Sequence record: PV287714.1
Length of the DNA stretch: 64,000 nt
Source: Escherichia phage HMD-9
Reading direction: 5' to 3' (one strand)
This document shows, in pieces, positions 37,929 to 48,064 of the stretch (the first letter of the stretch is position 1; every line of letters begins with the position of its first letter). The notes beneath the pieces were generated by a model, which was given only the letters and a program-made list of their open reading frames with translations, was not told the origin of the DNA and did not search any database. The position numbers and the translations under genes were made by a program.

Positions 37929-37931
37929 ATA
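37924..37931 (+). promoter_or_regulatory. T4 late promoter TATAAATA for gene 22
   Basis: exact TATAAATA overlapping the gene 21 stop, 28 nt before ATG 37959. Confidence 0.6.
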
Positions 37932-37958
37932 TTATTATCTAAACAATAGGACTACAAA

Positions 37959-38768
37959 ATGCTTAAAGAACAACTGATTGCTGAAGCGCAAAAAATTGAT
38001 GCTTCCGTTGCTCTTGATAGTATTTTCGAATCAGTTAGTATTTCTCCGGAAGCAAAAGAAACTTTCGGCACTGTATTCGAAGCTACCGTCAAGCAGCACG
38101 CCGTTAAATTAGCTGAATCCCATATCGCTAAAATTGCTGAAAAAGCAGAAGAAGAAGTAGAAAAAAATAAAGAAGAAGCCGAAGAAAAAGCTGAGAAGAA
38201 AATCGCTGAGCAAGCTTCTAAATTCATTGACCATCTTGCGAAAGAATGGCTCGCTGAAAATAAATTAGCAGTTGATAAAGGCATCAAAGCCGAATTGTTT
38301 GAATCCATGCTTGGTGGATTAAAAGAGCTCTTTGTTGAACACAACGTTGTTGTTCCAGAAGAATCAGTTGATATTGTAGCTGAAATGGAAGAAGAGCTGC
38401 AAGAACATAAAGAAGAATCAGCTCGTCTGTTCGAAGAACTCAATATGCGCGACGCATATATCAATTATGTGCAGCGTGAAGTGGCATTGAGCGAAAGTAC
38501 TAAAGATCTGACTGAGTCTCAAAAAGAAAAAGTCTCTGCTCTGGTCGAAGGTATGGATTATTCAGATGAATTCTCAAATAAATTGAGTGCCATCGTAGAA
38601 ATGGTGAAGAAGTCTAATAAAGATGAAAGCACTATTACTGAGGGTATAAATACTCCTGATACTGAAGCAGCCGGACTGAATTTCGTCACTGAAGCTGTAG
38701 AAGATAAAGCTGCACCTGGTGCAGAAGATATTGTAAGTGTATATGCGAAAGTCGCATCTCGTTTCTAA
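37959..38768 (+). CDS. 22: gp22 prohead scaffold protein
   Basis: 269 aa, highly charged coiled-coil; size and order match T4. Confidence 0.9.
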   Translation: MLKEQLIAEAQKIDASVALDSIFESVSISPEAKETFGTVFEATVKQHAVKLAESHIAKIAEKAEEEVEKNKEEAEEKAEKKIAEQASKFIDHLAKEWLAENKLAVDKGIKAELFESMLGGLKELFVEHNVVVPEESVDIVAEMEEELQEHKEESARLFEELNMRDAYINYVQREVALSESTKDLTESQKEKVSALVEGMDYSDEFSNKLSAIVEMVKKSNKDESTITEGINTPDTEAAGLNFVTEAVEDKAAPGAEDIVSVYAKVASRF

Positions 38769-38786
38769 TTTTAAAGGTTAACACAA

Positions 38787-40352
38787 ATGACTATCAAAAC
38801 TAAAGCTGAACTTTTGAACAAATGGAAGCCATTACTGGAAGGTGAAGGTTTACCGGAAATTGCTAATAGCAAACAAGCGATTATCGCTAAAATCTTTGAA
38901 AACCAGGAAAAAGATTTCCAGACAGCTCCAGAGTACAAAGACGAAAAAATCGCTCAGGCGTTCGGTTCTTTCTTAACAGAAGCTGAAATCGGTGGTGACC
39001 ACGGTTACAATGCTACTAACATCGCTGCAGGTCAGACTTCTGGCGCAGTAACTCAGATTGGCCCAGCTGTTATGGGTATGGTACGTCGTGCTATTCCTAA
39101 CCTGATTGCTTTCGACATTTGCGGTGTTCAGCCGATGAACAGCCCGACTGGCCAGGTATTCGCACTGCGCGCAGTATACGGTAAAGACCCGGTCGCTTCC
39201 GGTGCTAAAGAAGCATTCCACCCAATGTATGGTCCAGATGCAATGTTCTCTGGTCAGGGTGCTGCTAAGAAATTCGCTGCTTTGAAAGCAAGTGATACTC
39301 TTGAAGTTGGAACTATTTACACCCACTTCTTCCAGGACACTGGTACTGTGTATCTGCAAGCTACAGAAGTTAAGCAAATTGATACTAGTGCAACTGACGC
39401 AGCTAAATTAGATGCTGAAATTAAGAAACAAATGGAAGCTGGTGTACTGGTAGAAATCGCTGAAGGTATGGCTACTTCTGTCGCTGAACTTCAGGAAAGT
39501 TTCAACGGTTCTACCGATAACCCATGGAATGAAATGGGCTTCCGTATCGATAAACAAGTTATCGAAGCTAAATCTCGCCAGCTGAAAGCTGCTTACTCTA
39601 TCGAATTAGCACAAGACCTCCGCGCTGTTCACGGTATGGATGCTGATGCTGAACTGTCTGGTATTCTGGCTACAGAAATCATGCTGGAAATTAACCGTGA
39701 AGTTGTTGATTGGATTAACTACTCAGCTCAGGTTGGTAAATCTGGTATGACCCTGACTCCGGGTTCTAAAGCTGGTGTATTTGACTTCCAGGATCCGATT
39801 GATATTCGTGGTGCTCGCTGGGCGGGTGAATCCTTTAAAGCTCTGTTGTTCCAGATTGACAAAGAAGCAGTTGAAATTGCTCGTCAGACTGGTCGTGGTG
39901 AAGGTAACTTCATTATCGCTTCCCGTAACGTAGTTAACGTTCTGGCTTCAGTTGATACCGGCATTTCTTATGCTGCACAGGGTCTGGCTACCGGCTTTAA
40001 CACTGATACTACCAAGTCAGTATTTGCTGGTGTTCTGGGTGGTAAATACCGTGTATATATCGACCAGTATGCTAAACAGGATTATTTCACTGTAGGTTAT
40101 AAAGGTCCGAACGAAATGGATGCTGGTATTTACTATGCTCCATATGTAGCTCTGACTCCGCTGCGTGGTTCCGATCCGAAGAACTTCCAACCAGTAATGG
40201 GATTCAAAACTCGTTACGGTATCGGTATCAACCCATTTGCAGAATCCGCTGCTCAGGCTCCGGCTTCTCGCATCCAGAGCGGTATGCCTTCTATTCTGAA
40301 TAGCCTTGGTAAAAACGCTTACTTCCGCCGTGTATATGTTAAAGGTATCTAA
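38787..40352 (+). CDS. 23: gp23 major capsid protein
   Basis: 521 aa; size and order match T4. Confidence 0.97.
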   Translation: MTIKTKAELLNKWKPLLEGEGLPEIANSKQAIIAKIFENQEKDFQTAPEYKDEKIAQAFGSFLTEAEIGGDHGYNATNIAAGQTSGAVTQIGPAVMGMVRRAIPNLIAFDICGVQPMNSPTGQVFALRAVYGKDPVASGAKEAFHPMYGPDAMFSGQGAAKKFAALKASDTLEVGTIYTHFFQDTGTVYLQATEVKQIDTSATDAAKLDAEIKKQMEAGVLVEIAEGMATSVAELQESFNGSTDNPWNEMGFRIDKQVIEAKSRQLKAAYSIELAQDLRAVHGMDADAELSGILATEIMLEINREVVDWINYSAQVGKSGMTLTPGSKAGVFDFQDPIDIRGARWAGESFKALLFQIDKEAVEIARQTGRGEGNFIIASRNVVNVLASVDTGISYAAQGLATGFNTDTTKSVFAGVLGGKYRVYIDQYAKQDYFTVGYKGPNEMDAGIYYAPYVALTPLRGSDPKNFQPVMGFKTRYGIGINPFAESAAQAPASRIQSGMPSILNSLGKNAYFRRVYVKGI

Positions 40353-40367
40353 TCTTTGACGATTTAA

Positions 40368-40396
40368 GGGACCTTCGGGTCCCTTTAGTTGTTTTT
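40368..40396 (+). terminator. rho-independent terminator after gene 23 (UUCG hairpin)
   Basis: GGGACC-TTCG-GGTCCC followed by TTTAGTTGTTTTT. Confidence 0.65.
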
Positions 40397-40400
40397 ATGG

Positions 40401-40408
40401 TATAAATA
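40401..40408 (+). promoter_or_regulatory. T4 late promoter TATAAATA for gene 24
   Basis: exact TATAAATA 28 nt upstream of ATG 40436. Confidence 0.6.
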
Positions 40409-40435
40409 AATCATATAAACTGAAAGGAAAGCGCA

Positions 40436-41719
40436 ATGGCTAAAATCAACGAACTTTTGCGCGAATCAACCACAACGAATAGCAACTCAATCGGTCGCCC
40501 AAATCTCGTTGCTTTGACTCGCGCTACCACTAAATTAATATATTCTGACATTGTAGCAACGCAAAGAACTAATCAACCTGTTGCTGCTTTTTATGGTATC
40601 AAATACCTTAACCCAGATAATGAATTTACATTTAAAACTGGTGCTACTTACGCTGGCGAAGCTGGGTACGTAGATCGAGAACAAATCACAGAATTAACAG
40701 AAGAGTCTAAATTAACTCTCAATAAAGGCGATTTATTCAAATATAATAATATCGTTTATAAAGTATTAGAAGATACACCATTTGCTACCATTGAAGAAAG
40801 CGATTTAGAATTAGCTCTTCAGATTGCAATTGTTCTTTTAAAGGTTCGTCTATTTTCTGATGCTGCAGTAACAAGCAAATTTGAAAACTCTGATAGCGAA
40901 ATTGCGGATGCTAGATTCCAGATTAATAAATGGCAAACCGCAGTTAAATCTCGTAAACTTAAAACTGGCATTACGGTTGAATTAGCACAAGATTTAGAAG
41001 CAAATGGATTCGATGCTCCTAATTTCTTAGAAGATTTGCTTGCAACTGAAATGGCGGATGAAATCAATAAAGATATTCTGCAGTCTTTGATTACAGTGTC
41101 AAAACGCTATAAAGTTACAGGAATTACTGATACTGGATTCATCGATTTGAGTTATGCATCTGCTCCTGAAGCTGGTCGTTCATTATACCGAATGGTATGT
41201 GAAATGGTTTCGCATATCCAAAAAGAATCAACTTATACAGCAACGTTCTGTGTTGCTTCTGCTCGTGCCGCTGCGATTCTTGCTGCATCAGGTTGGTTAA
41301 AACATAAACCAGAAGATGACAAATATCTTTCACAAAATGCCTACGGGTTATTAGCTAATGGTTTACCGCTTTATTGCGATACCAACAGCCCATTAGATTA
41401 TGTAATCGTTGGCGTAGTAGAAAATATCGGTGAAAAAGAAATTGTTGGATCAATTTTCTATGCTCCGTATACAGAAGGTCTTGACTTAGATGACCCTGAA
41501 CATGTAGGTGCATTTAAAGTTGTAGTTGATCCAGAAAGCTTACAACCATCTATCGGTTTATTGGTTAGATATGCTTTATCTGCAAATCCTTACACTGTAG
41601 CAAAAGATGAAAAAGAAGCAAGAGTAATTGATGGTGGAGACATGGATAAAATGGCGGGTCGTTCAGATTTGTCTGTTTTATTAGGTGTTAAACTACCAAA
41701 AATTATCGTTGATGAATAA
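40436..41719 (+). CDS. 24: gp24 capsid vertex protein
   Basis: 427 aa; size and order match T4. Confidence 0.95.
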   Translation: MAKINELLRESTTTNSNSIGRPNLVALTRATTKLIYSDIVATQRTNQPVAAFYGIKYLNPDNEFTFKTGATYAGEAGYVDREQITELTEESKLTLNKGDLFKYNNIVYKVLEDTPFATIEESDLELALQIAIVLLKVRLFSDAAVTSKFENSDSEIADARFQINKWQTAVKSRKLKTGITVELAQDLEANGFDAPNFLEDLLATEMADEINKDILQSLITVSKRYKVTGITDTGFIDLSYASAPEAGRSLYRMVCEMVSHIQKESTYTATFCVASARAAAILAASGWLKHKPEDDKYLSQNAYGLLANGLPLYCDTNSPLDYVIVGVVENIGEKEIVGSIFYAPYTEGLDLDDPEHVGAFKVVVDPESLQPSIGLLVRYALSANPYTVAKDEKEARVIDGGDMDKMAGRSDLSVLLGVKLPKIIVDE

Positions 41720-41725
41720 AACAAA

Positions 41726-41746
41726 GGGACCAAAAGGTCCCTTTTT
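41726..41746. terminator. bidirectional rho-independent terminator between convergent genes 24 and rnlB
   Basis: GGGACC-AAAA-GGTCCC with T runs on both strands. Confidence 0.65.
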
Positions 41747-41748
41747 AT

Positions 41749-42753
41749 TTAACTTACCAATTCAATCCAAGTCGGACGAAGTACATCTTGTACCATTTTA
41801 ACTAATTCCTTTTTAATCAAAGAAGGATTATCCGCTTGAGTTAGAGTAATACCTTCACGAGAAGTTTCTTCCAAAATATCTTGAACAGTTAGCCCCATCA
41901 CCTTTCCAAAATCTTTTGGACCAATTTCGCCAATTTTAGAAATAACATTATTTACTCGGTTCAGTGTAACGTAGCAAGCTAAAATTCCCAGCAATTTATT
42001 ATCAGCTTCTGACAACTCAACTTTAGCTTTAATAGGCTTATCAGACTTTTTCTTTTCGCTAAATTTAGAGTTCTTGCATTTAATAGCGACACGATTGCCA
42101 TTAGGCATCCAAGAAGGATAACAAGGTTTCAATACATATCCTTCAGCAGTAAATACTTCGCCTTTTGCTTCGGCATTCCAAACGCATTTATTTGCATCAA
42201 CTAATCCAGCATGGTCTACTGTAAAATTATAATCCTGGACGACAGAATCTAAATCATTTGGCAATTTAATAAGTTCTTCAAATTTACCGCGACCTAAAAG
42301 TGGAGCCATTTTAAATTTAAATGTATTACAGAATGATTCCATCATATAATCATCGACATAAGTCACATCACCACTTTCCGTAGTAACAATAATGTCAAAT
42401 ACATAAAAATCTTTATCGCCATAATCGACATTCTTCTGAATGCCAGGTCCAGCGAATTCGCCAAAAACTTGATAAGATACAACTGCTGAAGTTTCCATAA
42501 TATCTTGCACTGCTTTAATGGAATCAGCGTAATTCTTTAAAATAATTTCATACCCAAAGAAATCTTCAGCAGGAAGAATCGGTCCAGTACGTTTAGCACA
42601 AGTTGCTTTATCGCGTTCAATAATCAGTGAGAAATTTGTGCCATGAATCTTTTCACGAGCTACCCATTCGCCGCCAGTCAATCCTAAACTGTAAAGTTTT
42701 TCAATGAATTTAGAATTGTAATGATTTTCAAGACTGCTATACTTTTTAAACAT
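41749..42753 (-). CDS. rnlB: RNA ligase 2 (Rnl2)
   Basis: 334 aa; [42 protein letters not shown].. with nucleotidyltransferase lysine motif KIHG; near-identical to T4 Rnl2 as recalled. Confidence 0.95.
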   Translation of the reverse strand: MFKKYSSLENHYNSKFIEKLYSLGLTGGEWVAREKIHGTNFSLIIERDKATCAKRTGPILPAEDFFGYEIILKNYADSIKAVQDIMETSAVVSYQVFGEFAGPGIQKNVDYGDKDFYVFDIIVTTESGDVTYVDDYMMESFCNTFKFKMAPLLGRGKFEELIKLPNDLDSVVQDYNFTVDHAGLVDANKCVWNAEAKGEVFTAEGYVLKPCYPSWMPNGNRVAIKCKNSKFSEKKKSDKPIKAKVELSEADNKLLGILACYVTLNRVNNVISKIGEIGPKDFGKVMGLTVQDILEETSREGITLTQADNPSLIKKELVKMVQDVLRPTWIELVS

Positions 42754-42762
42754 AATTAATCC

Positions 42763-43041
42763 TCAAAATGTAATTTCTAACCAATCACCATCACGCTGAT
42801 CACTATTGACTTTAAAGCTAAATCCTTCTTTTCTCAGCCAATCACCAATTTCTTCAGTAATCAATTTATCGCGAGCGATACAATAATAACTAAAATATGT
42901 TTTACCTTGTTCAGCTGCTTTATTGGCAAGTTCCGAAAAATCTTTAATAAAACACTCTAGCTTAAACTGTTTACTTTTTAATGCTTTTTCGCGTAGTTGA
43001 TTAGCAAAAGATTCATTTTCATAAAGATCATACTGTTCCAT
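42763..43041 (-). CDS. hypothetical protein (24.2-like position)
   Basis: 92 aa ORF between rnlB and hoc. Confidence 0.55.
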   Translation of the reverse strand: MEQYDLYENESFANQLREKALKSKQFKLECFIKDFSELANKAAEQGKTYFSYYCIARDKLITEEIGDWLRKEGFSFKVNSDQRDGDWLEITF

Positions 43042-43237
43042 TTTTCACCTTTTTATTGATATGTCTTTTTCTATAGACAACTTTTTCTCGAGTTTCAAAT
43101 TTATTCTTAGCAGTCATAGCTCGAGCCCATAATACAGCCACTTCTTTTGCCTGTAAGTTTAATTCACGAGCAATTTCAATGAATGACTTTCCAGACTCAT
43201 GAAGAGTAAACACCACAACCTCAGTTCTCATAATCAA
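43028..43237 (-). CDS. small protein with helix-turn-helix-like segment (24.3-like position)
   Basis: 69 aa; SFIEIARELNLQAKEVAVLWARA resembles a sigma region-4/LuxR-type HTH. Confidence 0.45.
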   Translation of the reverse strand: MIMRTEVVVFTLHESGKSFIEIARELNLQAKEVAVLWARAMTAKNKFETREKVVYRKRHINKKVKNGTV

Positions 43238-43298
43238 TCCCGTATTATTTGGTTTGTGCCATTATATACATCAATCTCAAGATGTGTTTTGTATGCTT

Positions 43299-43325
43299 TA
43301 AAACGAAGAAAGGGGCCGAAGCCCC
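43299..43325 (-). terminator. rho-independent terminator after hoc (UUCG hairpin GGGGCUUCGGCCCC plus U-run)
   Basis: minus-sense hairpin followed by TTTCTTCGTTTT; copy 2 of the 14-nt hairpin. Confidence 0.65.
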
Positions 43326-43331
43326 TTACGA

Positions 43332-44462
43332 TTATGGATAAGTATAGATGATACCAGTTTCTAAAGCAGTTTTATGAATGATGTATCCATTACGTGATTC
43401 TTGAACATCAACTTCTGGATAATCTTGAATCATCTTCTGAAGAGTGTAACGATGCAGGTAATATTTACTATCTGGGTCGTCAGTTTTCCAATCTTTACCT
43501 TCTTCGGTCATTTTTTGGATTTCATCCATAACCCACCAACCGCACCAGATGTAAGCTGAAGTACGATGTGGAAGAGGATGAACATAAGGTAATTCACCTT
43601 CTGGTTCTGGAGCAACTTTATCAGTTACCTGAACTTGACCTGTTGCTGTAATAGTTTTGCTATCATAATCAGCAGCAGTAACAGTTGCAGTAACTTCAAT
43701 AGTTTGACTTCCAACAGATGAAGTATCAACTGTATATACATTAGTTGACTCTTCTACAGTAGAAGAATCTTTCTTCCACGAGTAAGTAATTTGTGCTTCT
43801 TCTGGAGCATCAGTAACATTAGCAGTAAATGTAGCCGAAGCATCTTGTTGAACGTTAATAGAAGGAGGAGTCAATGTAACCTGTGGATTCATTGTCTTCT
43901 TATTAACCGTTAATGACACTTCATTAGAAGTAACGCTTAGTGCATCATAATCTGTCGCGGTTACTTGAGCTACACACTTGATTTTTTTAACTCCGCTTGT
44001 GGTAGGAGTGTAATTGAATGTAGCGCTAGTTGCTTCGTCCACAGGAGAATCATCTACATACCACTGATACGTAGCAGATGCTCCATCAGGTTGAGAAGCT
44101 AAGGCAGCAGTAAATTGAACTGGGGTTCCGATTACTCCAGCGTCAGGGTTATCAGGAGTTACAGCCAATGTAGTTGACTGAGTTTTATTTTTAACTGTGA
44201 TAGTTGTTGTCGCTTCAGCCGTTTCCGGGCCTCCTTCAGAAAGTGTATTTGTTGCAACAACTTTAATTGTTTTTGTTCCAGCAGGTCCTTTTAGTACATA
44301 ACTAAAAGTTGCTTCAGCCCCATCTTGTAGAACATCATCTACGCTCCAAGCATATGTAATAGTTCCACCTTCAGTTTGACCACTGGGTGCAGCAGTAAAC
44401 TGCTCGGTTTCATCAATAACCCCCGTTGGTGTTTTAGGAGTTATATCAACTGTAAAAGTCAT
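43332..44462 (-). CDS. hoc: Hoc highly immunogenic outer capsid protein (Ig-like repeats)
   Basis: 376 aa; repeated beta-rich segments with Y.W motifs (YAWSVDD, YQWYVDD, YSWKKD); size and order match T4. Confidence 0.85.
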   Translation of the reverse strand: MTFTVDITPKTPTGVIDETEQFTAAPSGQTEGGTITYAWSVDDVLQDGAEATFSYVLKGPAGTKTIKVVATNTLSEGGPETAEATTTITVKNKTQSTTLAVTPDNPDAGVIGTPVQFTAALASQPDGASATYQWYVDDSPVDEATSATFNYTPTTSGVKKIKCVAQVTATDYDALSVTSNEVSLTVNKKTMNPQVTLTPPSINVQQDASATFTANVTDAPEEAQITYSWKKDSSTVEESTNVYTVDTSSVGSQTIEVTATVTAADYDSKTITATGQVQVTDKVAPEPEGELPYVHPLPHRTSAYIWCGWWVMDEIQKMTEEGKDWKTDDPDSKYYLHRYTLQKMIQDYPEVDVQESRNGYIIHKTALETGIIYTYP

Positions 44463-44471
44463 AAGTTATCC

Positions 44472-45152
44472 TTATTTTAATGTTACGAAAGAAGAATTGC
44501 GTGTTTCACGAATTAAAACTGATCCGTCACGGTTAATGTAATAAATTAAGCTAAATAAAGTTTGGTGTGCTGACGCATGCTCAAAACTTGTTGGGTGAGA
44601 TTTCCAATCCGGAGTTTCAGCAATCCATTGATAAATCCACCAAGGAACAGTACAGAATCCTGGATTTTTTCCAATCAGCTGAAGATTCGGGCTAAAGTTT
44701 TCCGGAAGAGTAAATACAGACGGCTTTTCAGATTCAATAATCTCAGCTACAGCTTGCTCGAATTTTTCTTCAACAAAAGGAGTATCTTCAATCAAAACAT
44801 CGGTATTTTCGGGAATTTTATCCGTTTCGACTACTTCAATTTTAATGTCAGATTTAACCGGAGAATCAATCAGAAGTGCTGCCTCTGGATTGACTTCTTC
44901 ATCGTCATATTTTAATCCGTCTGCGGCATCAGCAGCATCAATTAAGTCTTTAATAGATAACCCATCAGTCTCTGGCATAGGTTCACTAGCGAGCTTCTGG
45001 AGGGCTTCTTCAATATCATTAACGATATTATCAAAAGATTTATTCTTTTTGACCTTTATACCAAACTGTTCAGCATATTCAGCTAATTTAGCTTTAGCTT
45101 CTTTATTATCATCAAGAGCCTTCAGCTCTGCAATATAATCTTTATCTATCAT
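44472..45152 (-). CDS. inh: Inh inhibitor of prohead protease
   Basis: 226 aa; size and position between hoc and segE match T4. Confidence 0.75.
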   Translation of the reverse strand: MIDKDYIAELKALDDNKEAKAKLAEYAEQFGIKVKKNKSFDNIVNDIEEALQKLASEPMPETDGLSIKDLIDAADAADGLKYDDEEVNPEAALLIDSPVKSDIKIEVVETDKIPENTDVLIEDTPFVEEKFEQAVAEIIESEKPSVFTLPENFSPNLQLIGKNPGFCTVPWWIYQWIAETPDWKSHPTSFEHASAHQTLFSLIYYINRDGSVLIRETRNSSFVTLK

Positions 45153-45201
45153 AATATTTCCTCAGTATAAATATAGATATATTTATTACTCGGAAAATAG
45201 T

Positions 45202-45819
45202 ATGTACCACTTTGTATATGAAACGACAAATCTAATAAATGGTAAAAAGTATATAGGAAAACACTCTACTGATGACTTGAATGATGGCTACCTTGGTTCC
45301 GGTAAAGCAATTCAGCAGGCTATAAAGAAATATGGTGAAAAGAATTTCTCTAGAACAATACTAAAAGAGTTTAAAACTTCCGAAGAAGCGTACATGTATG
45401 AAGAAGAAATTATAACTCCTGAACTAATAAAAAGCAAAAATTATTATAATATGAAACCTGGTGGAATTGGTGGAATTGTTATGACTGCAGAGGTTATAGC
45501 AAAGATGAAAGAATCTTCCGCTAAGAGATTTGAAAACTCACCGGGCACGGTATTAGGTACAACTTGTTACACCAATGGAACTAAAAATATTTTTATTAAA
45601 CCTGGAGAACTTGTTCCAGAAGGATTTGTAAAAGGGATGGTTCATCTTAATAGAAAGTCCAGAAAAGGATGTAAAGTCAAACCGACTACCACAGGAACTT
45701 TTTGGGTCAATAATGGAGCAATAAATAAATTAATACAACCAGACGGTATTATTCCCGACGGATTTATTAAAGGTCGTCTCATGAAAAGAGACTCTAAAGG
45801 CAAATTTAGTAAGGCATAA
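45202..45819 (+). CDS. segE: GIY-YIG homing endonuclease SegE
   Basis: 205 aa; N-terminal GIY-YIG-type module (HFVYETTNLINGKKYIGKHS..YLGSG); size and position match T4 segE. Confidence 0.85.
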   Translation: MYHFVYETTNLINGKKYIGKHSTDDLNDGYLGSGKAIQQAIKKYGEKNFSRTILKEFKTSEEAYMYEEEIITPELIKSKNYYNMKPGGIGGIVMTAEVIAKMKESSAKRFENSPGTVLGTTCYTNGTKNIFIKPGELVPEGFVKGMVHLNRKSRKGCKVKPTTTGTFWVNNGAINKLIQPDGIIPDGFIKGRLMKRDSKGKFSKA

Positions 45820-45821
45820 TT

Positions 45822-47330
45822 ATGGATATTAAAGTACATTTTCACGACTTCAGTCATGTACGCATCGATTGTGAAGAGAGCACGTTCCACGAATTAAGAG
45901 ATTTCTTTTCGTTTGAGGCCGATGGATATAGGTTTAATCCTCGCTTCAGATATGGCAACTGGGATGGACGAATCCGTCTTTTAGATTATAATCGCCTTCT
46001 TCCATTCGGCTTAGTCGGGCAAATTAAAAAGTTCTGTGATAACTTTGGCTATAAAGCTTGGATTGACCCACAGATTAACGAAAAAGAAGAATTATCAAGA
46101 AAAGATTTTGATGAATGGCTTTCTAAATTAGAAATCTATTCAGGAAATAAAAGAATTGAACCGCATTGGTATCAAAAAGATGCAGTGTTCGAAGGATTAG
46201 TTAATCGTCGTAGAATTCTTAATCTTCCAACATCCGCAGGTAAATCCTTAATTCAAGCTTTGCTTGCTCGTTATTATTTGGAAAATTATGAAGGTAAAAT
46301 TCTTATCATTGTTCCAACAACTGCTCTGACAACTCAGATGGCTGATGACTTTGTTGACTATCGTTTATTCAGTCATGCAATGATAAAGAAAATTGGCGGT
46401 GGAGCATCAAAAGATGATAAATATAAAAATGATGCACCAGTCGTTGTTGGTACATGGCAAACTGTAGTAAAACAGCCAAAAGAATGGTTCTCACAGTTTG
46501 GAATGATGATGAATGATGAATGCCATCTTGCTACAGGAAAAAGTATTTCATCTATCATATCAGGTTTAAATAACTGCATGTTTAAATTTGGTTTGTCCGG
46601 TTCATTGCGTGATGGCAAAGCTAATATCATGCAGTATGTTGGAATGTTTGGTGAAATATTTAAGCCAGTAACGACTTCTAAATTAATGGAAGATGGACAA
46701 GTAACTGAGTTAAAAATTAATAGTATTTTTCTTCGCTATCCCGATGAGTTCACTACTAAATTAAAGGGAAAAACTTACCAAGAAGAAATAAAAATTATTA
46801 CTGGACTCAGTAAAAGAAATAAATGGATCGCTAAATTAGCTATTAAGCTTGCGCAAAAAGATGAAAACGCTTTTGTCATGTTTAAACACGTATCACACGG
46901 TAAAGCTATTTTCGATTTAATTAAAAATGAATACGATAAAGTTTATTACGTATCAGGGGAAGTTGATACCGAAACACGCAACGTAATGAAAACCTTAGCT
47001 GAAAACGGTAAAGGAATAATTATAGTAGCTAGTTATGGTGTATTTTCTACTGGTATTTCAGTTAAAAATCTGCATCACGTTGTTTTAGCACACGGTGTTA
47101 AATCTAAAATTATTGTATTGCAAACAATAGGTCGCGTATTACGTAAGCATGGTTCTAAAACAATCGCAACGGTCTGGGACCTCATAGATGATTGCGGTGT
47201 TAAGCCAAAATCTGCTAATACGAAAAAGAAATATGTTCATTTGAACTATCTTTTAAAACACGGCATTGATCGTATTCAGCGCTACGCAGATGAAAAATTT
47301 AATTACGTAATGAAAACAGTTAATTTATAA
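45822..47330 (+). CDS. uvsW: UvsW DNA/RNA helicase (SF2)
   Basis: 502 aa; Walker A PTSAGKS, DEAH-like MMNDECH; size matches T4 UvsW. Confidence 0.9.
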   Translation: MDIKVHFHDFSHVRIDCEESTFHELRDFFSFEADGYRFNPRFRYGNWDGRIRLLDYNRLLPFGLVGQIKKFCDNFGYKAWIDPQINEKEELSRKDFDEWLSKLEIYSGNKRIEPHWYQKDAVFEGLVNRRRILNLPTSAGKSLIQALLARYYLENYEGKILIIVPTTALTTQMADDFVDYRLFSHAMIKKIGGGASKDDKYKNDAPVVVGTWQTVVKQPKEWFSQFGMMMNDECHLATGKSISSIISGLNNCMFKFGLSGSLRDGKANIMQYVGMFGEIFKPVTTSKLMEDGQVTELKINSIFLRYPDEFTTKLKGKTYQEEIKIITGLSKRNKWIAKLAIKLAQKDENAFVMFKHVSHGKAIFDLIKNEYDKVYYVSGEVDTETRNVMKTLAENGKGIIIVASYGVFSTGISVKNLHHVVLAHGVKSKIIVLQTIGRVLRKHGSKTIATVWDLIDDCGVKPKSANTKKKYVHLNYLLKHGIDRIQRYADEKFNYVMKTVNL

Positions 47331-47355
47331 GGGCTTCGGCCCTTTGGAGAAAAAG

Positions 47356-47586
47356 ATGTTACTAGAATTTAAACAATTTCTTTATGAAGCTTCTATTGAT
47401 GAATTTATGGGTAAAATTGCCTCTTGCCAAACATTAGAAGGTCTAGAAGAACTCGAAGCTTATTATAAGAAAAGAGTTAAAGAAACTGAATTAAAAGATA
47501 CTGATGACATCTCTGTGAGAGATGCTTTGGCAGGAAAAAGAGCTGAATTAGAAGATTCAGACGATGAAGTAGAAGAAAGCTTTTAA
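47356..47586 (+). CDS. uvsW.1: UvsW.1 small acidic protein
   Basis: ORF-track start 47344 is TTG; ATG at 47356 after SD GGAGAAAAAG gives 76 aa (MLLEFKQFLYEA..). Confidence 0.6.
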   Translation: MLLEFKQFLYEASIDEFMGKIASCQTLEGLEELEAYYKKRVKETELKDTDDISVRDALAGKRAELEDSDDEVEESF

Positions 47587-47643
47587 ATTAAAAAAGGCCC
47601 AACCAAAAAAAGGAAGGGCCAAAACTATAGACTAAAGGTCACA

Positions 47644-47811
47644 CTATAGCAAAAGTTGTGTTTCATTTAATTGTTCTTCCGAACTTTCTGAAACTGGTAG
47701 TTCTTTAATGTAATTATAGCAAGGCCCAGGATGTACAGGACCTTTGTCTGTTTCAACAACCAATGCAGAATCGATTGGAGTTTTACAGACAACACAAATC
47801 TTATCTGACAT
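47644..47811 (-). CDS. small Cys-containing protein (55 aa), possible zinc ribbon
   Basis: ORF below track cutoff: MSDKICVVCKTPIDSALVVETDKGPVHPGPCYNYIKELPVSESSEEQLNETQLLL; CxxC...C spacing. Confidence 0.35.
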   Translation of the reverse strand: MSDKICVVCKTPIDSALVVETDKGPVHPGPCYNYIKELPVSESSEEQLNETQLLL

Positions 47812-47839
47812 GATTGTCTCCTCTAAATTATATATCTAT

Positions 47840-48064
47840 TTATATAACTCTCATATGCATATCAATGCCCATATCTTTAGAATAAAAATATTCATCAAGA
47901 TATCCGGCAAATTTTCCTTTAATATAAAGTACATCTTCACCACATGGGTGGTCGGCCAGGATACGAATATCCTGGCGCTTGAGATTATACTTTTTCATTA
48001 AGAATTGAATTTCCGTTTCGAATTCTTCTTCATAATTAAAAGCATCATCAATGCTATATTTCAT
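47840..48064 (-). CDS. hypothetical protein (uvsY.-2 position)
   Basis: 74 aa; ATGA-coupled to uvsY stop. Confidence 0.55.
   Translation of the reverse strand: MKYSIDDAFNYEEEFETEIQFLMKKYNLKRQDIRILADHPCGEDVLYIKGKFAGYLDEYFYSKDMGIDMHMRVI

Noticed and set aside
37952-38464. 170-aa Ser-rich minus-strand ORF
   Set aside because: Lies entirely antisense to gene 22 (scaffold), whose charged repetitive codons create an open antisense frame; no SD or promoter
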